From an uncultured bacterium (lineage in GTDB: Bacteria; Patescibacteriota; Minisyncoccia; UBA6257; 2-01-FULL-56-20), in the NCBI GenBank assembly GCA_963696395.1, contig CAVOJZ010000002.1:784619-848618 (forward strand): DNA of 64,000 bases, read 5' to 3'. Shown here piece by piece: positions 9,712-19,595 of the stretch. The position numbers were made by a program, and so were the translations under genes. The notes under the pieces were generated by a model that was not told the DNA's origin, made no database searches, and saw nothing but the letters and a program-made list of their open reading frames with translations. Each line of letters starts with the position of its first letter. Position 1 is the first letter of the stretch.

Positions 9712-10755
9712 TTAGGGATTCGTTATGTTGCCATAGTTCATCCAAGACTGATCCGGCGTATACGTTTCGATCCATTGCTGGGTGTGGCTTTTTGCACCGT
9801 ATTCCCAGACTTGGTTCTGGCTCATATTCGAAACTCCGACGAAGCTGTCTCCCATCCAGTTCCAAATGTCGGTCCAATTGGTGGTCGGGGCGACGCTCGC
9901 TGCGTTGAAGGAATAGATTTCAGAACCGACAAAATCTCCTGCCGTCTTTCCGGTGATGGTGGACGTAGGATCGTTAACGTTCGGTCCGGCTTCGGTGCTG
10001 GTCGGGGTCACGTAAGATCCCGAAAAGCGCACGATGCCGCAATACTGGTTTGATGTGCTGGTTCCGATCTGGTAGACATTCAAGTTCCAGTTAAATGTGT
10101 CGTTTGCCCAGATGCTGCCGTCGAGGCGGGCGTCCGGGGCATGCTGGCCCTTGAGCGTTCCTGACCCGATGAGCGTCATGTTCTTGAAGCCGGTGAATCC
10201 GACGCAAGACGATGCATCAGCAAACGTGGCGATGGGTTTTGCCTTCTTGTCCATCGTCCACGTAAACGTCTGTCCAGCGCTGCTCACGGCGGTTCCTGAA
10301 AGCGTTCCATCGTTTGCGATGGTGCCTATGGCATCGATCGTGTAACCGGCATTGCTGCCGGTGTAGATCGCGTGGAATGTGATCGCGCCGGTTGCGTCGC
10401 TATTCACGGTCGTCGTTCCGTTAGCGGTCCACGTATAGGTGGGGTCCGGAATGTACGATCCTGTTGCCGTAAAGGATCCTGTGTTTTGGTTGAAGCTGTC
10501 TACCGTCATGCTGTGCGCGTAGGTGCCGTCACAGGTGCCTCCCGTGCAGGTGAAACTGATTGTGTAGGGGACCGATATTTCGCCCGGCCGATAGAACCCC
10601 CAAACAAATCCCGGATCGCTGATCGGCGTTGCCGGAGCAACCAACGCACTCGGGGATGAGTTCGTGTTTGTATTAACGGTTGCACCGAGCGGTGCTGCCA
10701 ATGCAAGCATCGGCAGAAAAACGGTCAAAACTGCTGCAAAATATATTTTTTTCAT
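9712..10755 (-). CDS. secreted Thr/Gly-rich beta-strand protein
   Basis: Signal peptide MKKIYFAAVLTVFLPMLALA; ATG at 10755. Confidence 0.7.
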   Translation of the reverse strand: MKKIYFAAVLTVFLPMLALAAPLGATVNTNTNSSPSALVAPATPISDPGFVWGFYRPGEISVPYTISFTCTGGTCDGTYAHSMTVDSFNQNTGSFTATGSYIPDPTYTWTANGTTTVNSDATGAITFHAIYTGSNAGYTIDAIGTIANDGTLSGTAVSSAGQTFTWTMDKKAKPIATFADASSCVGFTGFKNMTLIGSGTLKGQHAPDARLDGSIWANDTFNWNLNVYQIGTSTSNQYCGIVRFSGSYVTPTSTEAGPNVNDPTSTITGKTAGDFVGSEIYSFNAASVAPTTNWTDIWNWMGDSFVGVSNMSQNQVWEYGAKSHTQQWIETYTPDQSWMNYGNITNP

Positions 10756-10838
10756 AGTTCGTAAGTTAAGTAATTTAATGCAAGTCTGAATCGACCTTTC
10801 CAATTGTTACGCTTTACAAAGCGTTATGTTTCTCGCTG

Positions 10839-11630
10839 TTAATTCGTTGTATCCGAGATAACAACGAAAGTCAACGTATTGCTTGTTCCGTTGTTATTGC
10901 TAACCAAGACCGGATATGAGCCCGGTGTTACTTGCTGCAAAAACAATGCACAGGGAGAGCCCGGAGCCAGAAGATCGCACGGTCCGACGTTGCTTGGCAC
11001 TTGGAAGGTGAGATGGGTTCCGTCGCTTGAGCTTACATTGGCGATGCCGCCGACTCCAAAGTGGACGTTGTTGCCGGTTGCGCTGAAGCCGGTTCCGGTG
11101 ATGGTTACGGATGCTCCGACGGGGGCGCCGCTAGGATTCAAACCCTGGACGAATACCGTTGTCGGTACGCATCGAAAGAGATTGTTTAATGTGGAGCGTG
11201 TTGCGCTGCCCACAAACCCGGTTCCGGTGGAAAGGCCGATCGGGGCGAGGATCTGCGCTGAATATTTTTGCTGGAAGGCGGTTACTGCGGCCGCTGTCGA
11301 CGAATCAAATATCCCGGTAATATTTACCGAAACATTTTGTTTCTGAAGAGCCGTTTGCAGCGCCTGTACTTCCGAACCTGAGTTGCCGAGCGAGAGGTTC
11401 GTCGTAAAAATGTGGCACCATCCGATTCCCGCCGATGTGGTGTTTCCTGATTGAATAGCTTGGGCAAGTTCCTGTTGGAGAACTTGTACCTGCGCCAAAA
11501 GCGCCTGGATTTCTCCCTCGAGGCCGGCATTCTGCGTTGCGCTCGTATTTGTTTGGGCGAACGTGACTCCGGCACCGCCGATCATGACTGCAATGGCAAT
11601 CGCAGCTCCAATAATTAGATTTTTTTTCAT
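10839..11630 (-). CDS. secreted peptidoglycan-binding domain + IPT/TIG domain protein
   Basis: NLSLGNSGSEVQALQTAL..TAAAVTAFQ..TGFVGSATRSTLN (PG_binding_1-like); LNPSGAPVGASVTITGTGF (TIG). Confidence 0.85.
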   Translation of the reverse strand: MKKNLIIGAAIAIAVMIGGAGVTFAQTNTSATQNAGLEGEIQALLAQVQVLQQELAQAIQSGNTTSAGIGWCHIFTTNLSLGNSGSEVQALQTALQKQNVSVNITGIFDSSTAAAVTAFQQKYSAQILAPIGLSTGTGFVGSATRSTLNNLFRCVPTTVFVQGLNPSGAPVGASVTITGTGFSATGNNVHFGVGGIANVSSSDGTHLTFQVPSNVGPCDLLAPGSPCALFLQQVTPGSYPVLVSNNNGTSNTLTFVVISDTTN

Positions 11631-11681
11631 AGCTTTTAGTGTACTTTAATTTTCTTGCTGATGACGACCTTGTACAAATGA

Positions 11682-11707
11682 AGCCGCGTCCGGGCCAGGG
11701 GTATTAC
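11682..11707 (-). promoter_or_regulatory. putative ECF-sigma promoter (GTAAT-N16-CGGCT)
   Basis: One of four sites with the same motif and spacing around the ECF gene. Confidence 0.55.
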
Positions 11708-11724
11708 AATGGCAAATATTCAGC

Positions 11725-12237
11725 CTAGGCCGGATTATACAGGAGTTTCAGCTTTTCAAGCCCGCGATGGGCCTGTACGGCGAGGGTGCTGGTTGATAGA
11801 CCCGTCACGAGCGCCATTTCTTTCAATGAAAGGTCTTGCACGTAGCGCATGCGCATAATCTTTTGATATGCCACCGGGAGGCGTTGTATTAAAATGAGCG
11901 CCCTTTTGCCATCGAGGATGTCAACGATATGTTCGGAGCGGCCATCACTCGGCTCGAATCCTTTTTCGATGAGGGTATCTAACGAGTTGTTCTTCCGTTT
12001 TCTATATTCATCAATAATAAGGTTGTTGAGCACATGATAAAGAAAAGCCTTCATGATATCTATTTTCCCTCCGCCCACAAGGTAGCTCCAGGTTTTTGTG
12101 AACGTTTCCTGCACGAGATCTTCTCCCGTCCCGTGATTATTTAACTTCAAAAAAGCATGCAAATTGAGCCCTTTTTCATAATCTGTATGGGCCAACGTTA
12201 GTATTGCCCGACGACGCATCTCTTGTTTTCGAGTCAT
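11725..12237 (-). CDS. ECF-type RNA polymerase sigma factor
   Basis: EDLVQETFTKTW, KAFLYHVLNNLIIDEYRKRK (region 2); LSLKEMALVTG..VQAHRGLEKLK (region 4). Confidence 0.92.
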   Translation of the reverse strand: MTRKQEMRRRAILTLAHTDYEKGLNLHAFLKLNNHGTGEDLVQETFTKTWSYLVGGGKIDIMKAFLYHVLNNLIIDEYRKRKNNSLDTLIEKGFEPSDGRSEHIVDILDGKRALILIQRLPVAYQKIMRMRYVQDLSLKEMALVTGLSTSTLAVQAHRGLEKLKLLYNPA

Positions 12238-12248
12238 CCTATAGAGTA

Positions 12249-12274
12249 AGACGGAATAAATAGCTTTCCGTTAC
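12249..12274 (-). promoter_or_regulatory. putative autoregulatory ECF promoter (GTAAC-N16-CGTCT)
   Basis: Immediately upstream of the sigma gene; AAC/CGT cores are typical of ECF promoters. Confidence 0.65.
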
Positions 12275-12307
12275 GAATGCATTACCGAAACTTAAGCCTA
12301 GCACGTT

Positions 12308-12333
12308 GTAATGGTTTATGCCCACGTGCGTCT
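12308..12333 (+). promoter_or_regulatory. putative ECF-sigma promoter (GTAAT-N16-CGTCT)
   Basis: Upstream of the PAS gene, divergent from the sigma gene. Confidence 0.6.
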
Positions 12334-12341
12334 TCCATAGT

Positions 12342-12914
12342 ATGAAAACAACCGATAATGATGTGAAGCAGGTTATTGAGACCGTCGGGGCCGATTTTTT
12401 CGATCGTTTATGGGAGGAAAGCTGGACATATATAAAAACCGTGGTTGATATCGTTCGTGAACCGGTGCTCGTCCTTGATAAAGACCTCCGCGTGATGGTT
12501 GCGAATGATTCTTTTTACAGGACTTTTCAGGCGGAGAAAAAAGACACGGAAAATAAGATTGTATATGAACTTGGCAATGGCCAATGGAACATTCCCGCAC
12601 TTCGCAAGCTGCTCGAAGACATCCTGCCAAAGAACACCTTTTTTAAAGGTTTCGAGGTTATCCACGAATTTCCTAGCATCGGTCGTAAAGTGATGATATT
12701 GAATGCACGACAGATCCACTCCAGGGCGGAAAACGATGAAAGTAGCGCGGAAATATTTCCGCCAATCATTCTGCTTGCCATGGAAGACGTTACGGAGATG
12801 ATGGTGGTCGCAGAGACACTTGCGGGGCATGCCAATCAGACCGAGTCAAAATTTGCCGCACGGATCAAAAAACTGGAAGAGGAAATCAGCGACCTCAAAA
12901 AAGGTTCGTCGTAA
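12342..12914 (+). CDS. stand-alone PAS domain protein (similar to PAS of CheB/CheR fusions)
   Basis: VDIVREPVLVLDKDLRVMVANDSFYRTF..YELGNGQWNIPALRKLLEDILP..F.V.HEFPSIGRKVMILNAR..ILLAMEDVT. Confidence 0.85.
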   Translation: MKTTDNDVKQVIETVGADFFDRLWEESWTYIKTVVDIVREPVLVLDKDLRVMVANDSFYRTFQAEKKDTENKIVYELGNGQWNIPALRKLLEDILPKNTFFKGFEVIHEFPSIGRKVMILNARQIHSRAENDESSAEIFPPIILLAMEDVTEMMVVAETLAGHANQTESKFAARIKKLEEEISDLKKGSS

Positions 12915-12936
12915 TACATCCGGCTTCCGCACGGCA
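12911..12936 (+). promoter_or_regulatory. putative ECF-sigma promoter (GTAAT-N16-CGGCA)
   Basis: Same motif and spacing, upstream of the 13001 gene. Confidence 0.5.
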
Positions 12937-13000
12937 TCCTAGGTAAGGGTATGCATGCGAGGTCGACCATATCAATTGTAATAATTAAAAAAATAAAATC

Positions 13001-13669
13001 ATGACAAAAACAGTAAAAGCATTACGCATCAGTCTTATAACGGCAGGGGCGTTTCTCGCTCTCGTCGTCGTTTCTTCGGCGGGCATACCGCAAGCTCATG
13101 CCGCACTCACAAGCCAAATGAGTGTCGGTTCCACCGGCGGTGACGTGACTCAACTTCAGCAGTTCCTAGCGACAAATTCCCAGATCTATCCTTCGGGAAT
13201 TGTGAGCGGTTACTATGGGTCTCTCACGAAAGCCGCAGTCACCCAGTTCCAGGTTGCCTATGGCATTTCGCAGGTCGGTCAGGTTGGTCCGATAACGGAA
13301 GCTAAAGTGAATAGCATTATGGCATCCGGCTTTGGGTTGAATACCAATGCCGCCACGTTGAGCAATCTCTCCGTCCAACAGATCAATCCGACCACGGCGA
13401 CCATCAATTGGACGACGAGCGAGCCTGCCGTGGGCCAGGTATTTTACAGCACGAGCCCGATCCTTGCGAATGAAGCGACGGGAGTGTACCAAATTCCATA
13501 CATCGGCGGTACGCCGTCAAACGTAAACAGCGATCCGAGCGTGAGTAATAATCATTCGATCCAGCTGAACGGTCTTCAGCCGAACACGTTTTATTACTTT
13601 ATCGTCCGCTCGATCGATAATTCTTTGAATGTTAGCATGAGCCAGTCGCTGTCGTTTCAAACGAATTAA
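13001..13669 (+). CDS. secreted peptidoglycan-binding + fibronectin type III domain protein
   Basis: Signal peptide; VGSTGGDVTQLQQFLA..SGYYGSLTKAAVTQFQ; ATINWTT..HSIQLNGLQPNTFYYFIVRS. Confidence 0.85.
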   Translation: MTKTVKALRISLITAGAFLALVVVSSAGIPQAHAALTSQMSVGSTGGDVTQLQQFLATNSQIYPSGIVSGYYGSLTKAAVTQFQVAYGISQVGQVGPITEAKVNSIMASGFGLNTNAATLSNLSVQQINPTTATINWTTSEPAVGQVFYSTSPILANEATGVYQIPYIGGTPSNVNSDPSVSNNHSIQLNGLQPNTFYYFIVRSIDNSLNVSMSQSLSFQTN

Positions 13670-13683
13670 AATAAGCGCGAGGG

Positions 13684-13715
13684 AAAAAATGCCGAGTTGA
13701 CCTCGGCATTTTTTT
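13684..13715 (+). terminator. intrinsic terminator
   Basis: AAAAAATGCCGAG-TTGAC-CTCGGCATTTTTTT. Confidence 0.8.
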
Positions 13716-13771
13716 AATTTATAATCCAGTGAGCAAAACAGCGCTATCTAAGGCTATTCCAAGGAGGAGCC

Positions 13772-14182
13772 GTGCCCGATTTACATGTGATACCGATTAT
13801 ACCGATCGTGCCAATCGTCGTGATGTCGAGGGACCCAGTCGCTCGGAAAGATATCCATCATGCGTTCATAAAGGCGACCTATCGGAACGATACCGATTTT
13901 GTCATCACGAGTTGCCCTGAGCATGCCCTGGCGAACATCTTCACGAGAAGACCCCAGCTTCTTATTCTTGGCTCATTACATCGGACGGCTGTCAATGGAG
14001 ATGAGCTGACGATGCGCTTTGTCCGTAGGGTGAAAGCTGCAAATAAATATCACTGGATCATCAGCTATTCACGAGTTCGTCACAACGCGAGTGATCTCTT
14101 TGACGCTGTAATCCCGAAACGTGAACTGATGGGCATCTCAATGCTTCTCGATTACGTTAAGGATTTTATAGATAACGTCTAG
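13772..14182 (+). CDS. hypothetical protein (possibly degenerate receiver-like alpha/beta fold)
   Basis: AGGAGG RBS, GTG start, downstream hairpin. Confidence 0.5.
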   Translation: MPDLHVIPIIPIVPIVVMSRDPVARKDIHHAFIKATYRNDTDFVITSCPEHALANIFTRRPQLLILGSLHRTAVNGDELTMRFVRRVKAANKYHWIISYSRVRHNASDLFDAVIPKRELMGISMLLDYVKDFIDNV

Positions 14183-14254
14183 AACCGGGCCGCGACTAAC
14201 CGTCGCGGCCGTTTTGTTATATCGTAATATCGGGAGTATAACTATATACGACCT

Positions 14255-15763
14255 ATGAAACGTTTTTTTGAAATAGTGCCGGGCGCGCTCGCATGGGGCA
14301 CCATCATTCTTATGGTGCTTTTCTCGTGGCTGTTGCCGGTCTGGGTTTCCATCTTTATTATCCTGTTCGACATCTACTGGCTGCTCAAAACGATATACCT
14401 TTCCCTGCACTTGCGGGCGACTTTTAGCACCATGCGGGCGAATATGAAGATTAACTGGCTCGGCAAGCTCGAAGCCATGGATGGGCATTCGGGGTCATCG
14501 TGGCGCGATGTCCGCCAGCTTGTGATTCTTCCAATGTACGACGAGCCGTATGCGGTTGTGAGGGAAAGTTTTGAGAGCCTGGCTAAGACGCACTATCCGC
14601 TCGAAAATATGATAATCGTTCTCGCGCTCGAAGAGCGCGCCGGATCGCGTGCGCGCGGGGTGGGGGATCTGATCGAAAAAGAATTCGGCGGACGATTCGG
14701 TAGTTTTTTGGTGACCGTACACCCGGCGGGTCTGCCCGATGAAATTCCGGGAAAGGGATCTAATGAAGCCTGGGCCGGACGGCAAGCGAAAGAAAAAATA
14801 ATCGATCCGGCGAAATTGGATTATCGGAAGATTCTGGTTTCGGTTTTTGATGTTGATACGCAGGTTTTCCCGGAGTATTTCGGAAGATTGACACACGCAT
14901 TTCTTTCCGCCGAGGATCCGCTGCGCGCCATTTACCAGCCGGTTCCGTTTTTTACAAATAATATATATGAAGCGCCGGCTCTCGCCCGTGTCGTTGCATT
15001 TTCAACAACATTTTGGCAGATGATGCAGCAATCGCGCCCGGAGCGGCTGACATCGTTTTCTTCCCAATCCATTCCATTCCAAACGCTCGTTGATATTGGT
15101 TTTTGGGATAAAGATATTGTTTCCGAGGATTCACGCATATTCTGGCAGGGCTACCTCCTCTATCATGGCAAGTTCCGCGTCGAGCCGCTCTTTTATCCCG
15201 TCTCCATGGACGCCAATGTTGCGCCGACGTTCTGGGGCACGATGAAAAATATTTATAAACAACAGCGTCGCTGGGGCTGGGGCGCGGAAAATATTCCCTA
15301 CATGCTCGAGGGCTTCCGCAATGATCCGGAGATTCCGGATGCAAAGAAGCGATACTGGCGATTTAATACCATTGAAGGATTCCATTCCTGGGCAACCAAC
15401 TCGCTCATGATCTTTGCGCTTGGCTGGCTTCCGTTGTTGCTTGGCGGACGTCATTTTGGTTCAACGTTGCTTGCGTATTATCTGCCGCACGTCACCCGGT
15501 GGATTGTGACGTTCTCGATGCTCGGCATCGTAAGTTCCGCAATTCTTGCCATCATACTATTGCCACCAAAACCGGAAGGATTGCGCGCGCACGATTATTT
15601 CATCTATTTCCTGCAATGGATATTCATGCCGATCACGCTGATTATCTTCGGTGCATTTCCGGGTCTTGAAGCGCAAACACGCCTGATGCTCGGAGGAAAA
15701 TATCGTTTGGGATTCTGGGTCACACCCAAAACGCGGAGGGAGGCTCGTCCGGTTGCGCAGTAG
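14255..15763 (+). CDS. family 2 membrane glycosyltransferase
   Basis: ILPMYDE, GKGSN, FDVD, SED, QQRRW motifs and TM helices at both ends. Confidence 0.9.
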   Translation: MKRFFEIVPGALAWGTIILMVLFSWLLPVWVSIFIILFDIYWLLKTIYLSLHLRATFSTMRANMKINWLGKLEAMDGHSGSSWRDVRQLVILPMYDEPYAVVRESFESLAKTHYPLENMIIVLALEERAGSRARGVGDLIEKEFGGRFGSFLVTVHPAGLPDEIPGKGSNEAWAGRQAKEKIIDPAKLDYRKILVSVFDVDTQVFPEYFGRLTHAFLSAEDPLRAIYQPVPFFTNNIYEAPALARVVAFSTTFWQMMQQSRPERLTSFSSQSIPFQTLVDIGFWDKDIVSEDSRIFWQGYLLYHGKFRVEPLFYPVSMDANVAPTFWGTMKNIYKQQRRWGWGAENIPYMLEGFRNDPEIPDAKKRYWRFNTIEGFHSWATNSLMIFALGWLPLLLGGRHFGSTLLAYYLPHVTRWIVTFSMLGIVSSAILAIILLPPKPEGLRAHDYFIYFLQWIFMPITLIIFGAFPGLEAQTRLMLGGKYRLGFWVTPKTRREARPVAQ

Positions 15764-17917
15764 TTACTCGCGGTGGATTTTCTTGCTGAATGCTTCCATT
15801 TTGGTGCGGAGCGCGGGGTATTTGGTGAGCCGTGGTTCGTCCTGAAAAATTTTCAGTGCCGCGGCGCGGCTGCCCTGCACGAGTTCCGGATTGCGGAGCG
15901 CTTCCATGGCGACGTCGGGCAGGCCGGTCTGTGCCTGGCCGAAGAATTGTCCCGGCCCGCGGAGTTCGAGGTCTTTTTCCGCGAGTTCGAAGCCGTTATT
16001 TGCCTCAAGGATCGCGCGAAGCCGGGCATTCCCGGAATCCGATTTTGAGTCGGTCATGAGGAAGCAATACGACTGATGTTCACCACGGCCGACGCGGCCA
16101 CGGAATTGATAAAGCTGGGCGAGGCCGAATCGTTCCGCTCCTTCTATGAGCATGATTGTGGCGTTCGGGATGTCCACACCAACCTCAACAACCGAGGTGG
16201 CAACGAGGATGTCGAATTCCCGAGCGGCGAACCGTTTCATGACGTCCTCTTTTTCTTTTCCTTTCATCTGGCCATGGAGCATCGCGATGCGGAGATCGGG
16301 GAACACCTTTTTTGATAATTTTTCAAATTCCGCTTTAACAGATTTTAATTCCAGTTTTCTTATGTCGGGGCTTTCCGATTCCTCACTCGGATCAATGCGC
16401 GGACAGATCACGAACACCTGTCGGCCGCTTTGAACTTCCTTGCGCACAAACGCGTAGGTCGCATCCCGTTCAATGGGTGAAACAATTTTCGTTTCGATCT
16501 GTTTGCGTCCCGCCGGAAGTTCGGTAATAAGCGAAAGGTCAAGGTCGCCGAACACCGTCAGCATGAGTGTTCGCGGAATCGGCGTCGCCGACATGCTCAA
16601 AAAATGAGGGATCGGCACCTTTTTATCCGCCTTTTGCCCGAGCAGTTCGGCGCGTTGCCGTACGCCGAATCGGTGTTGTTCATCGATGATGACGAGCCCG
16701 AGCTTTTGGAACGCAATCGATTTCTGGATGAGCGCATGGGTGCCGAAGATAATTTTGATCTCACCTGATTCGACTTTCTTCCTGAACTCCGGTTTTGAAA
16801 CTTTGGTTTCAACGTCTTTTTCGTAAAAAATAACGGCGTTTGTTCCCGTGAGGAGTCCAACGGGCGGCCGATTCCGCGCGTCGCTGTTCTCGAAGCGCAC
16901 GAAGAGTTTTTTCATGGTTTCAAAGTGCTGCCGCGCGAGAATTTCCGTCGGTGCCATAAAAGCCGTCTGGAGTCCGTGGTCGGCGGCGACGATTGCGGCG
17001 ATTGCCGCCACAACTGTCTTTCCGGATCCCACGTCGCCCTGCAGGAGGCGGTTCATCGGCCGCTCGCGTTCAATATCTTTGGCAATTTCCCAAAGCGATT
17101 TTTTTTGTGACGGCGTGAGTTCGAAAGGCAGCTGGGCAAGCAATGCTTTGATGCGCTCGATATCGGTTGTGATCGCCGGCGCTTTTTGCGCGGCGAGTTT
17201 TGATTTCTGCCGGATGTTAAAAAGTTGAAGCAGGAAAAGTTCCTCGAAGGAAAATCTTGTTTTGGCGCGGGTGGCCTCTTCGATGTCGTTCGGAAAATGT
17301 ACGCGGTGGATCGCCTCCTCAAGCCTCGGAAAATTAAATTCCTCGAGAATAGGGTCGGGGATCCATTCGTTAAGTTTTGGATTCCGCTTGAATACCGACT
17401 GCACCACAAAGCGGATGCCGCGCGAAGTGAGCCCCCGGGTTTCGGGATAGACGGGCACGAGGCGCCCCGTGTGGCGCATGATTTTTACGCGCCCGTCGCT
17501 TCGCAGAAGTTCGTGGACGGGGTGGCTTAAATAAACCTCACCTTCATCCGAGATGGAAACTTTGCCGGAAAAATTCGCCATGCGTCCGGCTTTGAGGACA
17601 TTTGCAAGATACGGCTGGTTGAACCACACTGCGCGCACGGAACCGGTTTCATCGGCGATGAAACCCTCAACAATTTCCATGCCTCGCCGGAAGCTGTGCC
17701 GTACGTGCACTTCCTCGATCGTTCCCTGGATCGTCGCCTGTTGGCCGGGTTCAAGTTCCGCGATCGTATAAATTTTCGAAAAATCGTCGTAGCGAACCGG
17801 GAAATGAGAAAGCAGGTCACCGACGGTTTTAATGCCGAGCTTTTCCAACCGCCGCAGAAACGGAGCGCGGGCGCCAATGATCTCGAACAGTGGTGTCTCG
17901 AGCGCGAGTTGGACCAT
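15764..17917 (-). CDS. recG: ATP-dependent DNA helicase RecG
   Basis: RLLQGDVGSGKT, APTEILARQH, DEQHRFGV, SATPIPRT, GLAQLYQFRGRVGRG, DLELRGPG. Confidence 0.97.
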   Translation of the reverse strand: MVQLALETPLFEIIGARAPFLRRLEKLGIKTVGDLLSHFPVRYDDFSKIYTIAELEPGQQATIQGTIEEVHVRHSFRRGMEIVEGFIADETGSVRAVWFNQPYLANVLKAGRMANFSGKVSISDEGEVYLSHPVHELLRSDGRVKIMRHTGRLVPVYPETRGLTSRGIRFVVQSVFKRNPKLNEWIPDPILEEFNFPRLEEAIHRVHFPNDIEEATRAKTRFSFEELFLLQLFNIRQKSKLAAQKAPAITTDIERIKALLAQLPFELTPSQKKSLWEIAKDIERERPMNRLLQGDVGSGKTVVAAIAAIVAADHGLQTAFMAPTEILARQHFETMKKLFVRFENSDARNRPPVGLLTGTNAVIFYEKDVETKVSKPEFRKKVESGEIKIIFGTHALIQKSIAFQKLGLVIIDEQHRFGVRQRAELLGQKADKKVPIPHFLSMSATPIPRTLMLTVFGDLDLSLITELPAGRKQIETKIVSPIERDATYAFVRKEVQSGRQVFVICPRIDPSEESESPDIRKLELKSVKAEFEKLSKKVFPDLRIAMLHGQMKGKEKEDVMKRFAAREFDILVATSVVEVGVDIPNATIMLIEGAERFGLAQLYQFRGRVGRGEHQSYCFLMTDSKSDSGNARLRAILEANNGFELAEKDLELRGPGQFFGQAQTGLPDVAMEALRNPELVQGSRAAALKIFQDEPRLTKYPALRTKMEAFSKKIHRE

Positions 17918-18020
17918 TAGGTTTGCCCATATTGTACCATAGCGTAGCAATAAGCAGAACGTTATGGCTCAAAAGTACTATTCAAATTCGTATTTGCCCG
18001 GGAGGTGCTATTTATAAAAA

Positions 18021-18088
18021 GAGAGCGTGCCGGACGCGCGGAGGCGCGGAGGCGTAGCGCGTTTTTAGCAGAAAACGATGCGACCCTC
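18021..18088. repeat. tRNA-adjacent palindromic cassette, copy 1 (degraded)
   Basis: Shares CGGACG.GCG.AGGCG.GGAG..G.AGCGCGTTTT.AGCAGAAAACGA.GCGACCCT with 22992-23053. Confidence 0.7.
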
Positions 18089-18111
18089 GCTTTGCAAATA
18101 TGATTCGTCTG

Positions 18112-18184
18112 TGCCCCCACGAGGATTCGAACCTCGGACCATCTCCTTAAGAGGGAGTTGCTCTACCAACTGAGCTATAGGGGC
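18112..18184 (-). tRNA. tRNA-Lys(CTT)
   Basis: Reverse complement GCCCCTATAGCTCAGTTGGTAGAGCA-ACTCC-CTCTTAA-GGAGA..GGTTCGAATCC..GGGGGCA. Confidence 0.95.
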
Positions 18185-18202
18185 GAATGCAAAATTATTG
18201 TA

Positions 18203-19261
18203 TTAAGGATGGACAAAAAACGCAATCGCGATGATGAGATAGGCGATGAGGAGCTGTGCGCCTTCGAGCCAGTTCGATTCGCCGTCCACGACCACGATGT
18301 TTACGATGGCAACCGAGAGCAGGATGCTCACGAGCTCGAAAGTATTAAAAATAAGATTCATCTGATTTGCAAAAAATAAACTGACAAAGACAAGGACGGG
18401 TGCGACGAACATCGCGACCTGCGTTGCGGAACCGATCGCGATCTGCATGGCAAGATCCATTTTATTTTTTACCGCCATCGTTATCGCCGATGCATGTTCG
18501 GCTGCGTTGCCGACGATGGCGACGATCACGACGCCGATAAAGAGCTGGGTCCATCCGAGTGCAAGGGCAATCGGGTTGATTGCCGACACGAGGATGTCGC
18601 TCATCCATGCCACGCCGAGCGTTGCGGCTAAGAGGACGCCGATGCTCGTCGATAAGCCCCAGCGTTCCGCAAGGCGTTCCGCGGTTTGCTCATCCTCGAC
18701 GGCGTAGAGGTGCTTGTGCGTGTAGAGGGAAAAAATAAGCGACATCGCATACATCACGAGCATGCACACCGCAACGAGCAAGCTGAAAATTTCAACCGTC
18801 ATGCCGTTCACGGTTGGCACGGCGATCGGAAATATCGCCGGCATCACAAGCGCAGCCGCCGCAATAAAAAGAGTGGATCCAGCCGCGAGTGCGCCGGTGC
18901 GGTTGAACTCCTGTTTTTTAAATCGCAGGCCGCCGGCAAACATCGCGGTTCCGAGCACCAGCAAAAGGTTGCCGAGAATCGACCCGGCGATTGAGGCTTT
19001 CACGACTTCAATGAGACCGGCGTGGATCGCAAAGATGCCGATGATCAGCTCTGTTGCGTTGCCGAACGTTGCGTTCATAAGTCCGCCCCACGCCGTCGAA
19101 GTCCGGGCCGCGAGCTCTTCGGTCGCCTGCCCGATGAACCGTGCAAGGGGAATAATGGCAAGGGCGGATAAAAAGAAAACGATCACCGGAGAATAGCCAA
19201 GAAAGGCAGTGATTGCCGCCAGGGGAATAAAGACGAGGAGGCAGGCGAAGAATTTATCCAT
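18203..19261 (-). CDS. Ca2+/H+ antiporter (CaCA/CAX family)
   Basis: Alpha repeats NATFGNATELI and IVGNAAEHAS; IAIGSATQ; DGESNWLEG. Confidence 0.93.
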   Translation of the reverse strand: MDKFFACLLVFIPLAAITAFLGYSPVIVFFLSALAIIPLARFIGQATEELAARTSTAWGGLMNATFGNATELIIGIFAIHAGLIEVVKASIAGSILGNLLLVLGTAMFAGGLRFKKQEFNRTGALAAGSTLFIAAAALVMPAIFPIAVPTVNGMTVEIFSLLVAVCMLVMYAMSLIFSLYTHKHLYAVEDEQTAERLAERWGLSTSIGVLLAATLGVAWMSDILVSAINPIALALGWTQLFIGVVIVAIVGNAAEHASAITMAVKNKMDLAMQIAIGSATQVAMFVAPVLVFVSLFFANQMNLIFNTFELVSILLSVAIVNIVVVDGESNWLEGAQLLIAYLIIAIAFFVHP

Positions 19262-19282
19262 GATATTAAGTATAATGGTTTC

Positions 19283-19537
19283 ATGGCATTACGAAAGAAA
19301 GAAGACCAGGAACGCCTCAGGATTGTGGGACGCGTCTTGCAGGAAGCGCGGCAGAAGCGGGGACTGACTCAGCAAGAGGTGGCTCGTCGGCTTCGTAAGA
19401 CCCAATCATATGTGGTAAAGATGGAGAACGGTCAGCGCCGCGTCTGCATCGTGGACATGGTTGGTTTTTTGAGGGTGTATAAATTATCGCCGAATGAGTT
19501 CATTCGCATGTTTCCCAAGAAATGGCAGGTGCCATAG
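19283..19537 (+). CDS. XRE-family helix-turn-helix regulator
   Basis: LQEARQKRGLTQQEVARRLRKTQSYVVKMENGQRR. Confidence 0.9.
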   Translation: MALRKKEDQERLRIVGRVLQEARQKRGLTQQEVARRLRKTQSYVVKMENGQRRVCIVDMVGFLRVYKLSPNEFIRMFPKKWQVP

Positions 19538-19595
19538 CCTGGGGATATTCCATATTGGAATACCTATCCGATAAGATGTATGATGATGGAGTACC

